DNA of 64,000 nucleotides from Vairimorpha necatrix (Eukaryota): NCBI GenBank assembly GCA_036630325.1, contig CP142727.1, positions 992,001 to 1,056,000 of the forward strand, read 5' to 3'. Shown piece by piece: positions 25,089 to 38,400 of this stretch (position 1 is its first letter; each line of letters starts with the position of its first letter). The notes under the pieces were generated by a model. It saw only the letters and a program-made list of their open reading frames with translations, ran no database searches and was not told where the DNA came from. The position numbers and the translations under genes were made by a program.

Positions 25089-28000
25089 TATTGTGGATTG
25101 AATATTCAAAGATATATTTATAAATAAATTCCTCTTAACTTGGATATGTCTAACAGGGTGGAGAATAAAGAAAACGGAGACATCATAAAGTTGTTAGCTA
25201 AGCTCACCCTAAAAAACTCGGGTAAAGATATTAAAGCTAAAATTGAACATTTAGAAAGGAAAAGGGATTTCAAGTCCTTGTTGATGAAGACAAAATTGAG
25301 AAAATTCTTGACAGGGCAGATGATGGAATTTTTGAGGCCCATCTCTACATTACGAAAAACAAAAAATCAAGAAAAATAGTATATGTTGACTGGAAAGATT
25401 ATATGTTGGCAAAATTTGAAAACAAAATATCAAAAAGAGATTTTTATAAAGAGCACCAAAGAAAGGATGAAAAATGTTTTGAATTTTTCAGAAGAATGAA
25501 AAAATTAGGCGATACTATAATTGAGGATCAACAATTGATCTTTTTGATCAGTTTCCTTGGCTTACGTAAGATGCGCAAAGAAATTGTGAAAGCAACCGTA
25601 AGTTTTATCGTTATTAACGATGACTTTTTAGAAATAGTAAAGAGACTAGAAGAAATAAGAAATACAGCCGTATTTAGGAAGAATTCAAAAAAATCTTTGA
25701 TGGAAGGGAAATTTAAAAAAGAAGTGAATAATATTGAAAATGTTGAAGAAATAATTAAAGATAATTACGTACATCTAAAAAATAACAAATTTAGAACTAT
25801 TTTTGATACTGGTTTAGAGTTAAGTTTCATTACATTTAAAATTTCAAAGAAAGTAAAAGAACAGATTTTTTAACTAAAGGAACCAATCAGTCTTTATACC
25901 TGTCTATTAGAAGAATTTAAAGTATCAGAATATGTATGGTTAATTTCAACTTCAAAGGAAATTCGTACAGAGAAAAATTTTATTTTACCTAAAAGAATGA
26001 CGCAACAATCATTATAGGAAGAAATTGGATGTCTCAGAGACAACAAAAAGTTGAAAAATCAGATATTGGTAACTATAAGGAAGAAATGCAAAAGCTTGTT
26101 TGCATGGAAACCAGAAGGTATAAAGGGTTTCGAATGTAGAATTGAAACCGAAAAAGGAAAAAAGGATGTCGTAAATCCATATAGAATTCTACAAGCTTGG
26201 GAAGGAAAGTAGAAGTGGAAATACAAAGGTTGTTAAAAAACAACTATATTCGGGATTCTAAATCCACTTGGTTGAATAACGTGAGACCTGTAGAGAAAAA
26301 AGATGGTAGTGTTAGATTAACTATAAATTTAATTAAACTTAATAACATAGTGGAACTAGATAGTTATACTTTACCTAGAATAGAAGAATTATTTTATTGC
26401 TTAGGTAAAAGCAAATACTTTTCTAGAATCGATCTTAAAGAAGCATTTTTTCAAGTAAAACTACGTGAAGCTGACAGAGAAAAAACGGCATTTAGAATCA
26501 AAAATAAAACATACGAATATGTAAAAATGCCAATGGGATTTAAAAATTCGCCGGCAATGTTTCAAAGAGTTATCGATAAAGTTTTAAACGAAGAAAAGGG
26601 TAAGAAATGCTTTGCATATGTCGATGATGCTTTGGTTTTTACAAAAACTATCGAAGAACATAACAAAGCTTTAGCCAAAGTATGCAATTTGCTTAATAAA
26701 GAAGGATTTTTCGCAAATAAAGATAAATTAACAATTTTAAAAGAAAAAGTTGAATTTTTAGGTCATAAAATTTCACAACATAAATTAGGACCAATAATAG
26801 ATAAAACCGAAGGAATTGGCAAGTACAAAACGCCAAAGAATGCAGACGATGTTAAGAAATTTTTAGGAGTTGTTAATTATTATGGAAAATTTATTAGGAA
26901 TTGTGCTGACATCTGTAATCAGTTGGTAATATTGTTAAAGAAAAATCACCAGTTTGTGTGGGGAGAAAGCCAAGAAAAGGCATTTAATGAATTAAAAAAA
27001 TATTAACTTCATTACTATGTTTATACCAACCAGATTTATCATCTAATTTTATCTTAACGACCGATGCGTCAAACACCGGACTAGGTGCAATACTTAGCCA
27101 AATTCGTGATGGAATAGAACGACCGATAGTATTTGCATCAAGACACCTGAGAGATGCAGAATTAAATTATACTATTACTGAGAAAGAAATGCTTGCTTCG
27201 TTATGGGCGATGGAACACTTTAAATATTGGTTATTTGGTAGGAAATTTACGATTTTTACAGATCACAGAGCGCTATAAGCCCTTAACCAAAAAGGAGAAA
27301 TTAAATCATCACGAATCATTAGATGGATAGAAAGGATCCAGATGTATGACTTTGAGATCAAAAATAAGAAACCAACTTAATTGGCACATGTTGATGCGTT
27401 ATCACGCCAACACAAAGTGATAAATAATATAAATAGGACTTCTAATAAAGAGAGTATAGTAAAAGCTCATGAAAAACTGGTTCATAGAGGAGCCAAGGCC
27501 ACTTACGAGTACTTATGTAAAAGTGAGCCAGATAAAAATATTAAATTAGCAGAAGTAAAAGAAACTATTAAAGAATGTCTAAAGTATAAAGAATATAACC
27601 CTGTAAGAATAACAGGATATAGACAGATTGAAGCTTTTGAACCTAAAGAAAATGGGGCTTTCGACATTATAGGTCCAATTCAAAACTCTTACATCTTTAC
27701 AGTTATAGATTACTTTTCGAGATACGCTGTAGCAAAAGGATTTAAAATTAAAACAAGCACAAATTTATTAATGTTCTTGAAAATAGTAATAAGAATTTTA
27801 ACGTATAGACATTTGTTTCCGATGCAGCTAAAGAAAATATAGTGATTATATAAGAAATTGGATGATAGAAAAAAAAGATTACTCATCACATAACTTCTCC
27901 ATACCATCATTGCTCAAACGGTAGAATAGAACGTTTTAATAGAACGATGCGCGAAGGCGTAAACAAACAAGAGAAAACGATAAGATTATCGAACCGAGTT

Positions 28001-28455
28001 GAAAATGTACTTAATAGTTACAACAACATTCGTCATTCAGCTACAAACTTAACACCTAAAGAGGCATTGAATCTTGAAAACCTAGAACTACTAAAAAATA
28101 GACATTTTGAAAATAGAATTGAGAAGTACAAGGAAATGTTTTAACAAACTAAATATCTAAAATTATATCTACGTGACTTTGTTCTAATTGAAGATCACAT
28201 ACATAAATACAAAGGACAGCTAAAATTTTCTGCTATGGGCGAAGTTGTAGGTATACTGTCTAACTATACTTATCTAATTAATTTTAAAGGTAAAGTCAGT
28301 AAAAGACACATAACTCAGTTACGTAAAATCAAAAAAAGAGGAGTTTTATCTTTAGAGAGGGGAAGAGGGTACAAATACCAATCGCGGAGGATGTTGTGGA
28401 TTGAATATCCAAAGATATATTTTAATAATACCCCCTAACTTGGATATTTCTAACA
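25089..28455 (+). mobile_element. Ty3/Gypsy element, 3.37 kb, ~64-67-bp LTRs, protease present, disrupted
   Basis: LTRs 25089-25155 and 28392-28455; TSD ATATT; gag ATG 25146 inside the LTR; protease IFDTG; RT YVDD (26197-27006); RNase H TDAS; integrase H..LVH, FDIIG, NGRIERFN. Confidence 0.92.
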
Positions 28456-28699
28456 ATATTATTTAGAGATTTGATATATACAACTCAGCAAGATTGGTTG
28501 GTCAATGGAGGTTTCTTCTATTTAAATCGTTAAACCTTTTAAATTTATTTTTAGTGTTATACACTAGATGTTTGACAACTTTGGGGGGGGGGGTTCACTC
28601 ATTTTATGCATACAGATATAATTTTTTAGTTTTTGACCAAAATGATCCGAAAAATAAAATCGATTATTATTATTTCTTATCCCCAGAAAAGAAAATTTA

Positions 28700-29260
28700 T
28701 GATGTTGGGAGCGCGAGGCAAAAGAAGAAAACACGCAATTAAAAATATAAACATTAAAGTGTAGAATTATGTATATAGGCTATCTAAATGTAGATAAAGT
28801 AAAATTCTATCTACCATATTGTGGTATAACCACATGTTTTCGGAGTGACCAATCAATAAAGAAACGTCAAACAAATTCAAAGCACGCCAATATTTAGAAA
28901 AGGCTAATGGTCCATTATGAAACATTCTAAATGAATCGAGAACCACAACTATTAATAGCAAAATTATGTTATAGACACGAATCTATGAAGAGAATTTCAA
29001 ACAAACACTCTACAGCTAACCATATACAAACAAAAACTACTAACAATAAAACCATTATAAAACTAACATTAATTCTATAAGCGTGCTGGAACATTTTTAC
29101 CAGCACGGATACGTCACATATTTTTTCTAGAATGTCCTATCTTTCCACTTATTTTTTTATAACGCTTCTTACAATATGCGGTTCTTTTTTTGGTCCCGTT
29201 CTTTTCAGAGAAAATCACGAAGAAATTGATATGTTGTAGAAATGCATTTTACAATTATAT
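28700..29260 (-). pseudogene. Possible IS630/Tc1-like transposase remnant
   Basis: Weak similarity only: IGHSRK, RILLYLHLDSL (cf. LPPYSP). Confidence 0.25.
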
Positions 29261-29377
29261 CATTATAAAAAAGAAGCATTTAAAAATTTAAAATAAAGAC
29301 TGTTGTTGTAAAATTAAAATATATGTATCTAATTGAAAATAAATGTGAAATTGTGAATTGTTAAAATAAAAATACCA

Positions 29378-31478
29378 TCTTTGCCGGCTACGTTTACACG
29401 ATAATATCAGACTGATACTGAAAGATCAAACAGTTGATAATGATCTGAAACCAACTGAATATAGATCCGAAACTAAAACTATTTAAGAAATTTTTATTAG
29501 AATTAACATGCAAAATAAATATAGTTCTCATTCTAATAAAAACTTATTTAAAAACCCAGCTCTCCTTCTGGTAACACTGGCGGCAATTATTTGAAATCCA
29601 ATAAATTGCGCCATCTATTAGGAATATTAACAAATACGACTGTGAAATTCAACCGAACCTAAAGCGAGAATGTATGGGTTTGTATTAATCAATTTAAGTA
29701 CCTCGAGGAGGAATGAAGTGATATGAAACTGCTCAATTACAATAAGAGATACGGGCGAGTCAACACTCCTATGGTATGAGGCTATGATCGAAAGCGAGGT
29801 GGAAGCATACTTAGAGTTTAAACAAATATATATATAAGAAAGTATGAGAAAGAAGAGTTACATGAAGGAATCGATCATACTAAAATGCTCAACAAAAAAC
29901 TATACTCTGGACCCAAGCTTTAGAGATAAAAACTTCATTTATGACCTAGTAAAGCTAAACAAGAACACAAAGGTCAGCATGTCGCGAATTCCCAGAGAAT
30001 TGTCTTGACATTTGCCACCATCACCTAAAGAAAAGGCGGAAGAGGCAACGTCATGGGACGTTCTGGAGATTTATATAAGAAATTATAAGTATATTAAGAG
30101 TAAGGCAGAAGGCCTGAACAGAGTAGCCAAGGGATCCAAGGACCTTAATACCATATACTACAAGGGCAAAAGGTATATGCTGTAAGTGTGGAAGCGGACA
30201 TTTAATCAAGAACTGCGTGAAACACGAGGAATTAAAGGTGGTTTCAATTGAGGCAGTTTCAATGTTCAGAGACACTAAAGAGACTGCGATTTAAAGAATC
30301 ATGAATGGAAGTAGTAAAAAAGCGTTTGTATTCTGTCAAGACCAATCCATTTATTGGTAATCTTAGTTAATATAGAGAAACTAAGAAAGGTGAAGGAGTT
30401 TATTGTGATCAAACTGTTTCACAGAGTATGACCATCCTGTCTACACAAGAAGATGGACGGATTGAAAAAGAGGCGAAATATAAAAATCAACATGGGCGAA
30501 GGAAAAAAAGTAAGAGTACATTGAACACATCCTCTGTAATTGCGATGGATGGAGGACTGTGTGCTGCCGTGCGTAGATTTTATAGGGGTTGATAAATTTA
30601 AGTAAAACTAAGTAGGTAATACTACATCAATTGAAGAGGATATGACATATACAAGTGGAACAAAAATATAAATTAGCTTGACCTTTAAAATGGATACTAT
30701 CAGATAATACGCGAAAGAAATAAATTAATTATGAGGGACAGATAAAAACCCCATACGAGTAACTAAAAGCGTGGTAAAAAGGAAGATACGATCGCTTGAG
30801 GCGCTCCCGCGTCAATCGTGTCTAAAAGAGATGACGAGTTGAGACCCTTTTTTACACGCGAAAAACTATGAAATATTTTGCTCTTTAGATTTTATATTTC
30901 AAAAGAACAAAAATAAAAGATTAATCTATAGTATATTCAAGAAGCCTTGTAAAAGTTACATTGTGTTATCATTCATTTATGAAAATGAAATATTGGATAC
31001 ACACAACAGAAACCTGACTAGAAAATATATAAAGAAATTTCAAGAAATAAAATTAGTATCACTCTCGCCATTATGCTAAAATGGTCATCTAGGTCTCCAC
31101 TGGATATAGGAAGATGAAAAGACCTATCAACAAAAAGTATAAAGGATCGTATAATAGCATAAAAAGGACATCTAGGCGGTCATGACGGTTTTAGTCTTGT
31201 AAGGAAAGAGTCTGAGTTTTGCTGAAGAAAATAACCTCTTCCCTGGACGCGAAGCCTTGTCTAAGGAGTGAAATGTGTACCGGCTGTGTTTTACAAGCCA
31301 ATAATCAGACGAGACTACAAATAAACGTTTGATAATGATCTGAAACTAACTGCCTTCAGATCCAATACTAAACCATTTGAAAAATCTCATATAGAATAAG
31401 CATGCCAAATAAATATAGCTCTCATTTAAATAAAAAACCTTCTAAAATAACTAGCTCTCCTTCATTCTAAAAATAACA
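29378..31478 (+). mobile_element. Internally deleted, non-autonomous LTR element with diverged ~200-bp LTRs
   Basis: Direct repeats 29378-29576 and 31274-31478; TGGCGGC after the 5' LTR; decayed gag with knuckle CCKCGSGHLIKNC (~30180); no recognisable RT; no TSD. Confidence 0.7.
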
Positions 31479-32334
31479 CATGTGTTATTTCTTTTTTTAT
31501 GTTTGAGCATTAAAATACATCGGGACAAAGTTCCCCGTATCACAGAGTGCATCAAAAAATATGTTTATTTTATAAATAAGCAGTATACTGCCGCAAAAAA
31601 ATCAAGTTTCTATATTATTAAGATACAGATTTTCAATAACTCTTTGAAGACCCTGGAGACCAGAGAATACTATTATATAAGGGTGACCGGAAGTAAACTT
31701 CCGGATAAAAAAATAAAACTTCAATATTTCAATAATTTCAAAGACAAAATCTGCACCAACCCCTTCATCCACAGTTTTATTTAATAAATCAGCTAGCCGA
31801 ATCTTTAACAATGTATTTTTGTTTACGTCCAAAACATGTTTTAAAACTGTTTGTTGTATTATCTTGATTCTAACTATTTTCTTCTTCATCCTTTAACTTG
31901 CTTACTAATAGTTTAAATCTGTAGCGACTAGTACCAAATGTGTTTTTAAAGGTATTATGCCAACCTTCAATAGCATTATTCGTTCTTAGAAAATCTATAT
32001 CCATATTATTTCGCGTGTACCACAAAATCGGCGGAAAATGGCATCCTAAATCAATATAATTTGTAAAGAAATAGCAATATAACTCAGTCAAGCATTCCGG
32101 AAATTTTCTGTCTTGTTTTAGTTCCAAAAAAAGTAGACAATATTTCGTCATATTCAACATATGCAAGTGCCATAAGAGACAAAACAAACCTTTTCACCAT
32201 AGGTGAACATGTGTAAACAAAATAAAGTCCTGAACTCTTAACACGCCTATTAATAGCCTGAGCTAAGTGAAAAAGACAACCTGAAATTTTAAACTCCGGA
32301 GGAACTATAGAAAATGCTCTTATCGCAACATACT

Positions 32335-33611
32335 TGGCGTGCTGCGCAGGAATGCGGCTTGTTCTAAAGTAATACTCCAAAGAACTATATGTCTGCCCGT
32401 CCGTGTCTGGCAGGCTTTTAAAATGTTTATTGTAATTATGTTAATTAAATACTTTTTTATTTGAGTTCATCTCCCTTTTTATTATCGGGTTTAAAATAAA
32501 ATATTTTAAAAATAAGAAGGAGGGAAAATAATTAAAAATTGGGCTAAAGTTAGCTTTAGGACGCAAATTTCGATATAGGGTTTTTTTTTTGCCCCTTTTT
32601 TTAAAAAATGGAAGAAAGAATAATGACAAGAGCAGAATTTGAAATAGTGTATAAAAATCTAATTACTAAAAGACAAAATCAGATTTGCAGTGTGTGATAA
32701 TAGAATGAGATTCACGAGAAAACAGAGTTGTGTTTTAATTTGTACCTGGAAAGATTGTAAGAAGCAAACATCGATATGGACGAATACTTTCTTTGAAAAC
32801 TCCAAACTCGATCATAACACAATTTTGCAGGTACTAAATTTGTGGATTCCTGGCTATTCTCGTAAATTTATTTGCCAAATTCTCAGTTGTTCAAAACCTT
32901 CGATATCTTTTTTACTTAAAAAATTAAAGAAATTAAATCTCTATGATAAATATTTATCATCTTTAAACAAGATAGTAGGAGAAAATATCATTGTTGAAAT
33001 TGATGAAACTAAAATCGGATAAAATAAATATAACAGAGGAAAATTAGTGAGGGGTTTTGGTGTTTTGGCATGATAGAACGTGCTATCGAACGTAAGATTG
33101 TGGTTCTATATATTAAGTAAAGAAATAAAAAACTCTTACAGATCTCTTATTGAAATTCGTTGATACAAAAAGCACTATACATAGTGATATGTGGAGGGCT
33201 TATCATTCTTTGGGCACCTTATTTAAAAAACATTATATGGTAAACCACTCATTAAACTTTCGAGATCCAAATGCTGGAGTACACACTAATACCATTGAAG
33301 GTAATTGGCGTTCACTCAAAAATTCTATACCTAACAGAAACAGGCCCCAAAACAGCGCTAAACTTTATTTACTTAGGTATATGCTCCAGAGAAATTCCTT
33401 TAATTCTGTTTTCGATGCATTATTAAATTTATTGTTCTAATTTTAATTTTTGTTCCTTCCTCCACATTATTCTTTCTTCCATTTTTTAAAAAAAGGGGCA
33501 AAAAAAACAAAAAAACCCTATATCGAAATTTGCGTCCTAAAGCTAACTTTAGCCAAAAATTGTAATTTCATCCTATAGGAAAAAAAGATGTTATGTGGTC
33601 ATAATACCACA
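32335..33611 (-). mobile_element. S2 element, third copy, containing a Merlin
   Basis: TGGCGTG...CCACA on the + strand; perfect TSD ATACT. Confidence 0.8.
32542..33554 (+). mobile_element. Merlin transposon, disrupted
   Basis: ~75-bp TIRs GGCTAAAGTTAGCTTTAGGACGC; perfect TSD AAAAATTG; IVEIDETK, HSDMWRAY, VHTNTIEGNW. Confidence 0.93.
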
Positions 33612-36007
33612 ATACTCAAAATCAGTTTTTATCATACTTGGGTTGAGCTCTGGAAACCTTTTCTTTAACATTTTAAACAAAAACAATAGGTTTCAAAAGT
33701 TTTATATTTCAAAATTGCAAATATTATCGGGAATACATGCGCATCATAAATAAAACGTATTGTGTAAAGTTGATAATATGGAATCGGAACCGCTGTAAAG
33801 GTCCTATACATCGCCCACATGTTATATAGAGCCAATTTTTCCATAGCCGAATCTGTATAAAAAATTATTATACTGTCATTGGGTTCGTCACTCCTGTAAT
33901 TTTATGGCCCATATCGATACCATTGTTCGCCTGTATGACTGATTAATAAATCAGCGCATAAACCCAATTTTTTAGTTGGCGTATGGTTTTTGATTAAAAG
34001 AAATTCATCTGAGCATTCCTTAATATCCTTATAATAGGCCCAATTGGGCCCATTGCAGCGATTGTTTCTTCCCCAGCTCCTTTTAAGGCAGAAAAAGATG
34101 TTTCTAGGAGAATTTTTCAGAGATAATTTCCCATTTCAATTTTATCTATTTTATTCTTCTTACAAACCAGTACAGGATTTGAGTCATGATTATGAGCCGA
34201 AATAATAGTAAAGAATTCGAGATTATTGACGTAAACAATACTACTAATGGCTTGGCATTACAGCTTCGTACAATTGATCGACACTTTATAGAAGTTTTGT
34301 TAATTTTTTTTTCATCGTAAATATATAGATTTTCATCTATTATTTGATCCATATTCCTCTTGCTTTTAATGATCCTTTTTGTCCGGTCATAGGGTAAAAA
34401 ATAAAAAAGTTCGTTTTTTTTTATTTTTTTAACCCCCTAAAACCGGGGACCTTATATAAGTATTATCCTCTTTCTTCTTACAATGTTTATGGAGGAAAAG
34501 TGTGCAATATTTTGGTTTCCGACAAACATAAAAGAAACTCATGTCCAAAAGGGCATGAAGGATTTAAAAAGTATAGCTTTTAATGGTCTTGTTGGACTGA
34601 AGAGAAACAAAAAGTCCATATATACCATTTCATATTCCGAAAAATTGTAAAAAATCAATTTTAATTTGATTTTGCATATAAATTATGGTAGATCTATGTA
34701 AGATTTCAGAATTTTTATCTTGGTTAAAATAAACAAATAAAGGTGTTCAAATATCCAAAATCAAAAGACTGTAAGGAAGATTACACAAGATTAATTATTA
34801 AAAAAAGCCTAAATGAAGGAAACTGCTTAAGATGAATAGAATGGGGGTCTAATGTGACATATTAAGGGCATTAGTCATCAAACTGTAAATCATTTGTGAT
34901 GATCAAAGATTCGTGCGCTAGAGTATGTACTAATGGTATCTAGTAACATGATTGGCTTTTAAATAGATATACAATGTTAATCTATGGCCAAAGTCAAAAA
35001 CAGATATTTTTTTAATATTTTAAAAAAAAATAACAATGAACCCTTTTCATATAGTTGACATAAATATTACCTGGTAAAACCCCGTCTCAAAAAAGATATC
35101 AACCATTTGAGTTAAAGAATTGACACATAGTAAATTTCATGGCACAGGTCTCTTATGATATTAAAATAACTTTGAGGCGTTCGAATGCTTTCTACAAGTA
35201 TTTTTTCTTTTAATACAATATTCCTCTCATAGTAATATAATGTTTTCGGTAGAAGTTTTATGAGGAAAATTTATAAAGGCATAAATAAATCAAGTAAAGG
35301 TCAGCTATAAAAAACCCCTCCACCAATTGTTAAACGACCAACTGTATACAATAAATTTAAAAAAATCGTTTAAATCATATTTTTTTATCAAAATAACATA
35401 CTTAAAATAAGTAGGTTCGTTTAAATTGAATTCTGCCATATTTCTTTGTGAGCATTTAGACAGAGTAATTTAGAGAAGAAGTAAAAGAAAGTACGTTTTA
35501 ATCTGTTTTTACAATACATGCCAACAAAAATAAAAAATAGTAAAATATTTCACAATTTTTTTATGATATTTACATTAATATATTCAACGTAACTGAATAT
35601 TCATAGGTTCATCGTATAAAATATTATACTTTACAACCATCTAAATCAATTTTTATGTAAGTCTATGCCTTTATGCAGGTTAAATTGAAAGCAACTAATA
35701 AAATTTTTTAAATTTAATATCTAAAATTTCTGCGATTTTTTTTTGTGCAGACCATGTTTTCATTTTAGATTAGTTTTTACAAATGCCGATTATAAATTTC
35801 ATAAGTTATATCACTCGATTTTTTAAGGAAATATCGTATCTTAATTAATTTATGTCATACATCAGTTTATAAAAAGTATCTTCAACAGAAAACAGGTCTT
35901 ATAATGTTTAAAAAAAATTTGTATTTTAGACGTTTATTTACATAAATTTCTTTATATCGACATTCTACATTACAAAAACGTCGAGTACAGTATTAATCAT
36001 CAAAACA

Positions 36008-36688
36008 TTAATTGAGTCTTAATATATTCATCGGAACAATAAATAGAAACAATTTTGAGTTAAGAGTGTTAAACGAATTAAATTCAAATTCGGATTCAAG
36101 AAAATCAGTTGTTTTGATGCACAAATTTTTCAAATGATGATTCCCTCTCAACATCTTTGATAAAATCATTGAAATATTTAATCGATCAAATACTTGAATT
36201 ATTCGGAGTCCACTATCGTTCATTTTCAAATTTATAGTATCCTCTATCTTATGATAGTAATCATTTATTTCGATGTTTTTATTATTAGCTATTATACATA
36301 ACAGATTACAAATCACAACACGTGTAAAAAAAGCAAGATCGTTAAAAAACATACCTTTTTCATCGCACATTTCCAAATTATCCTCATTAGGTCCCCGTAA
36401 AATTTTTACATATTTTTGAAAATTTTCATCATCCTTTGTTGCAAAATTTAATTCTTTTTCTGTAGAATCAATTGTAACTTTATTAAAAATCAAGAACGCT
36501 AATCTGTAAAAGACTATAGAATCGAGTTCATCACAGCTAGAAGTACTATTGTAACTGTTAAAAATTAATGGGCAAAGTTCACTAGTAGCTGTAAGACACA
36601 ATTCGTCTTTAGAACTTGTTGAGAAATTGTAAAACTCTTCTTTTCCGACATTTGCAATCAAAAATGAAAAAAGTGTGATAATTGTCAT
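36008..36688 (-). CDS. Hypothetical, probably secreted protein (226 aa)
   Basis: CCCC motif before ATG 36688; hydrophobic N-terminus MTIITLFSFLIANVG; uninterrupted ORF; no TE motifs. Confidence 0.75.
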   Translation of the reverse strand: MTIITLFSFLIANVGKEEFYNFSTSSKDELCLTATSELCPLIFNSYNSTSSCDELDSIVFYRLAFLIFNKVTIDSTEKELNFATKDDENFQKYVKILRGPNEDNLEMCDEKGMFFNDLAFFTRVVICNLLCIIANNKNIEINDYYHKIEDTINLKMNDSGLRIIQVFDRLNISMILSKMLRGNHHLKNLCIKTTDFLESEFEFNSFNTLNSKLFLFIVPMNILRLN

Positions 36689-37166
36689 ATTTATTATAGG
36701 GGAAACCAAATAAAGTAAAATTAAAATTTAATTCGTCATATAAACATAATCAAAAAACTATAATCTTTAAGTATCTGTAAACGTTTCCATGCTTCATATA
36801 GGACATAAAATATAAAAAAAAGCTAGTACATCGTTACAAAAAAAAATACATAAAATATTTAGCATTTCTTTAGCTTTTAAAATATAAAATAAATATTTGA
36901 TAAAAATGAGGACCATGACTAATAAATTCATCTAGTTACGTCTTCGTTACTAAGTTAGGAAAATCAGATCACAAAGAATTTGCTTTGTAATCTGATAATA
37001 ACCAGAGTAAGCCACCTTTAACACTATTTAAGGTCTAAATAAAAAATAAAAAATGACAATTTTAAATTTATCAATAGAAAAGCTAGTATTTTATTAAAAT
37101 AAAATTCCAAATTAAAGGTATCTTTAACCTTTATATAACGAACTAAAAAAAAACAAATTTGGAGCA

Positions 37167-38119
37167 GGGGCCACTTTGATCAAAAAATTGGTTTTTAAGC
37201 GAATTAGTGCTTTTTGCCCTAAAAATGAAAAGTCGAGATGAAGAGGCCTTGAACATCTTTACTATAGCAATTGAAAATTAGCTTGTAAAGTGTCCAAAAT
37301 GCGATGCTATTGTATTGTTAGTATAAAAATAATATAATGACTAAATATGTTTGGAAATCATAACGGAGGAAAGTGTCATTATTAAAAAATACTCCATTTT
37401 ATTACAATAAAACAAATGTTTTAGATGCTTTGTTAATAAAATTATGGTCTTGTAATGTTAAACAGACTGCCATAGGAGAAGTTCTTGATATTGGTAAAAG
37501 ATGTATTCGACATATCATAAAAAACAATTCCTACAATTGAAAATAAAGTATACAAACGAAAAGATAAAATCGGCGGACCAGGAATAATAGTAGAAATAGA
37601 TGAAGGCAAATTTGGTAACGTAAAAAACAACAGAGAACATCGGATTGAAGGTGTCTGGGGGTTTGAGATGGTTGAAAGAACAATCCAAAGAAAGATAATG
37701 ATGATTCCAGTCGACAATTTGAAAGCCAAATTATTAGAAGAAATAATTAAAAATTATGTTCACTCAGAATAAATTATACACAATGACTGCTTTAAGTCTT
37801 ATTTTAAGTTGAAGATTATTTTGCTAAACACAAAACTGTCAATCATTCGTTGGAGCTTGTAAAGAATTCCAATAGATGTCATACTAACATAATTGATGGA
37901 AATTGGAGTGGATTAAAAAATGAGACTTCATTAAGTCACAGAACCAGAACATTGATTACTGGTTCGTTGATAAGTTTATGTTAAAGAGGAAACTTTTAGG
38001 TGATTTATTTACGAATACTATTTAATTTATTTTTTCTTCCTTTTTGCCGTTTTGACTTTCCAAAAAGGGTGAAATCTAAAATAAAATATTTATATCCTGA
38101 TTTTGACCAAAATGGCCCC
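37167..38119 (+). mobile_element. Degenerate Merlin transposon
   Basis: TIR GGGGCCAyTTTGrTCAAAA; IGGPGIIVEIDEGKFG, VNHS, HTNIIDGNW remnants; no TSD. Confidence 0.8.
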
Positions 38120-38400
38120 TTTAACCATGTTTGGTGTGCCGATTTCCTATTGGGCTATAAAATTCATAGAAGTAAGTTGGATAAAAGTCATTATATACTA
38201 AACAGAGGGATTCCTCGCTTCATATTGCATAATTCGTTTTGATTAATTTTTTTATGTACGCTATGTTCTTACTTTATATCAGTCGTAAAGTAACGATTTT
38301 ATACCCAACCTTATCTTTTTAATTAAAAACAATTACCTTTATTAAGCGAAAACCAATGATCTAAATGAATGCTCTAAAAAATAAGTTTGTTAGAGGAAAT

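Larger units (their letters stand above)
31520..34455 (-). mobile_element. Mutator-like (MULE) transposon remnant, interrupted by S2 and a Merlin
   Basis: CCC-ATG at 34390; FLYWCH-like N-terminus; RTFTAVPIPYYQLYTI; after removing the insert: MIKTDFEYVAIRAF..SGCLFHLAQA, RTNNAIEGWHN. Confidence 0.8.
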
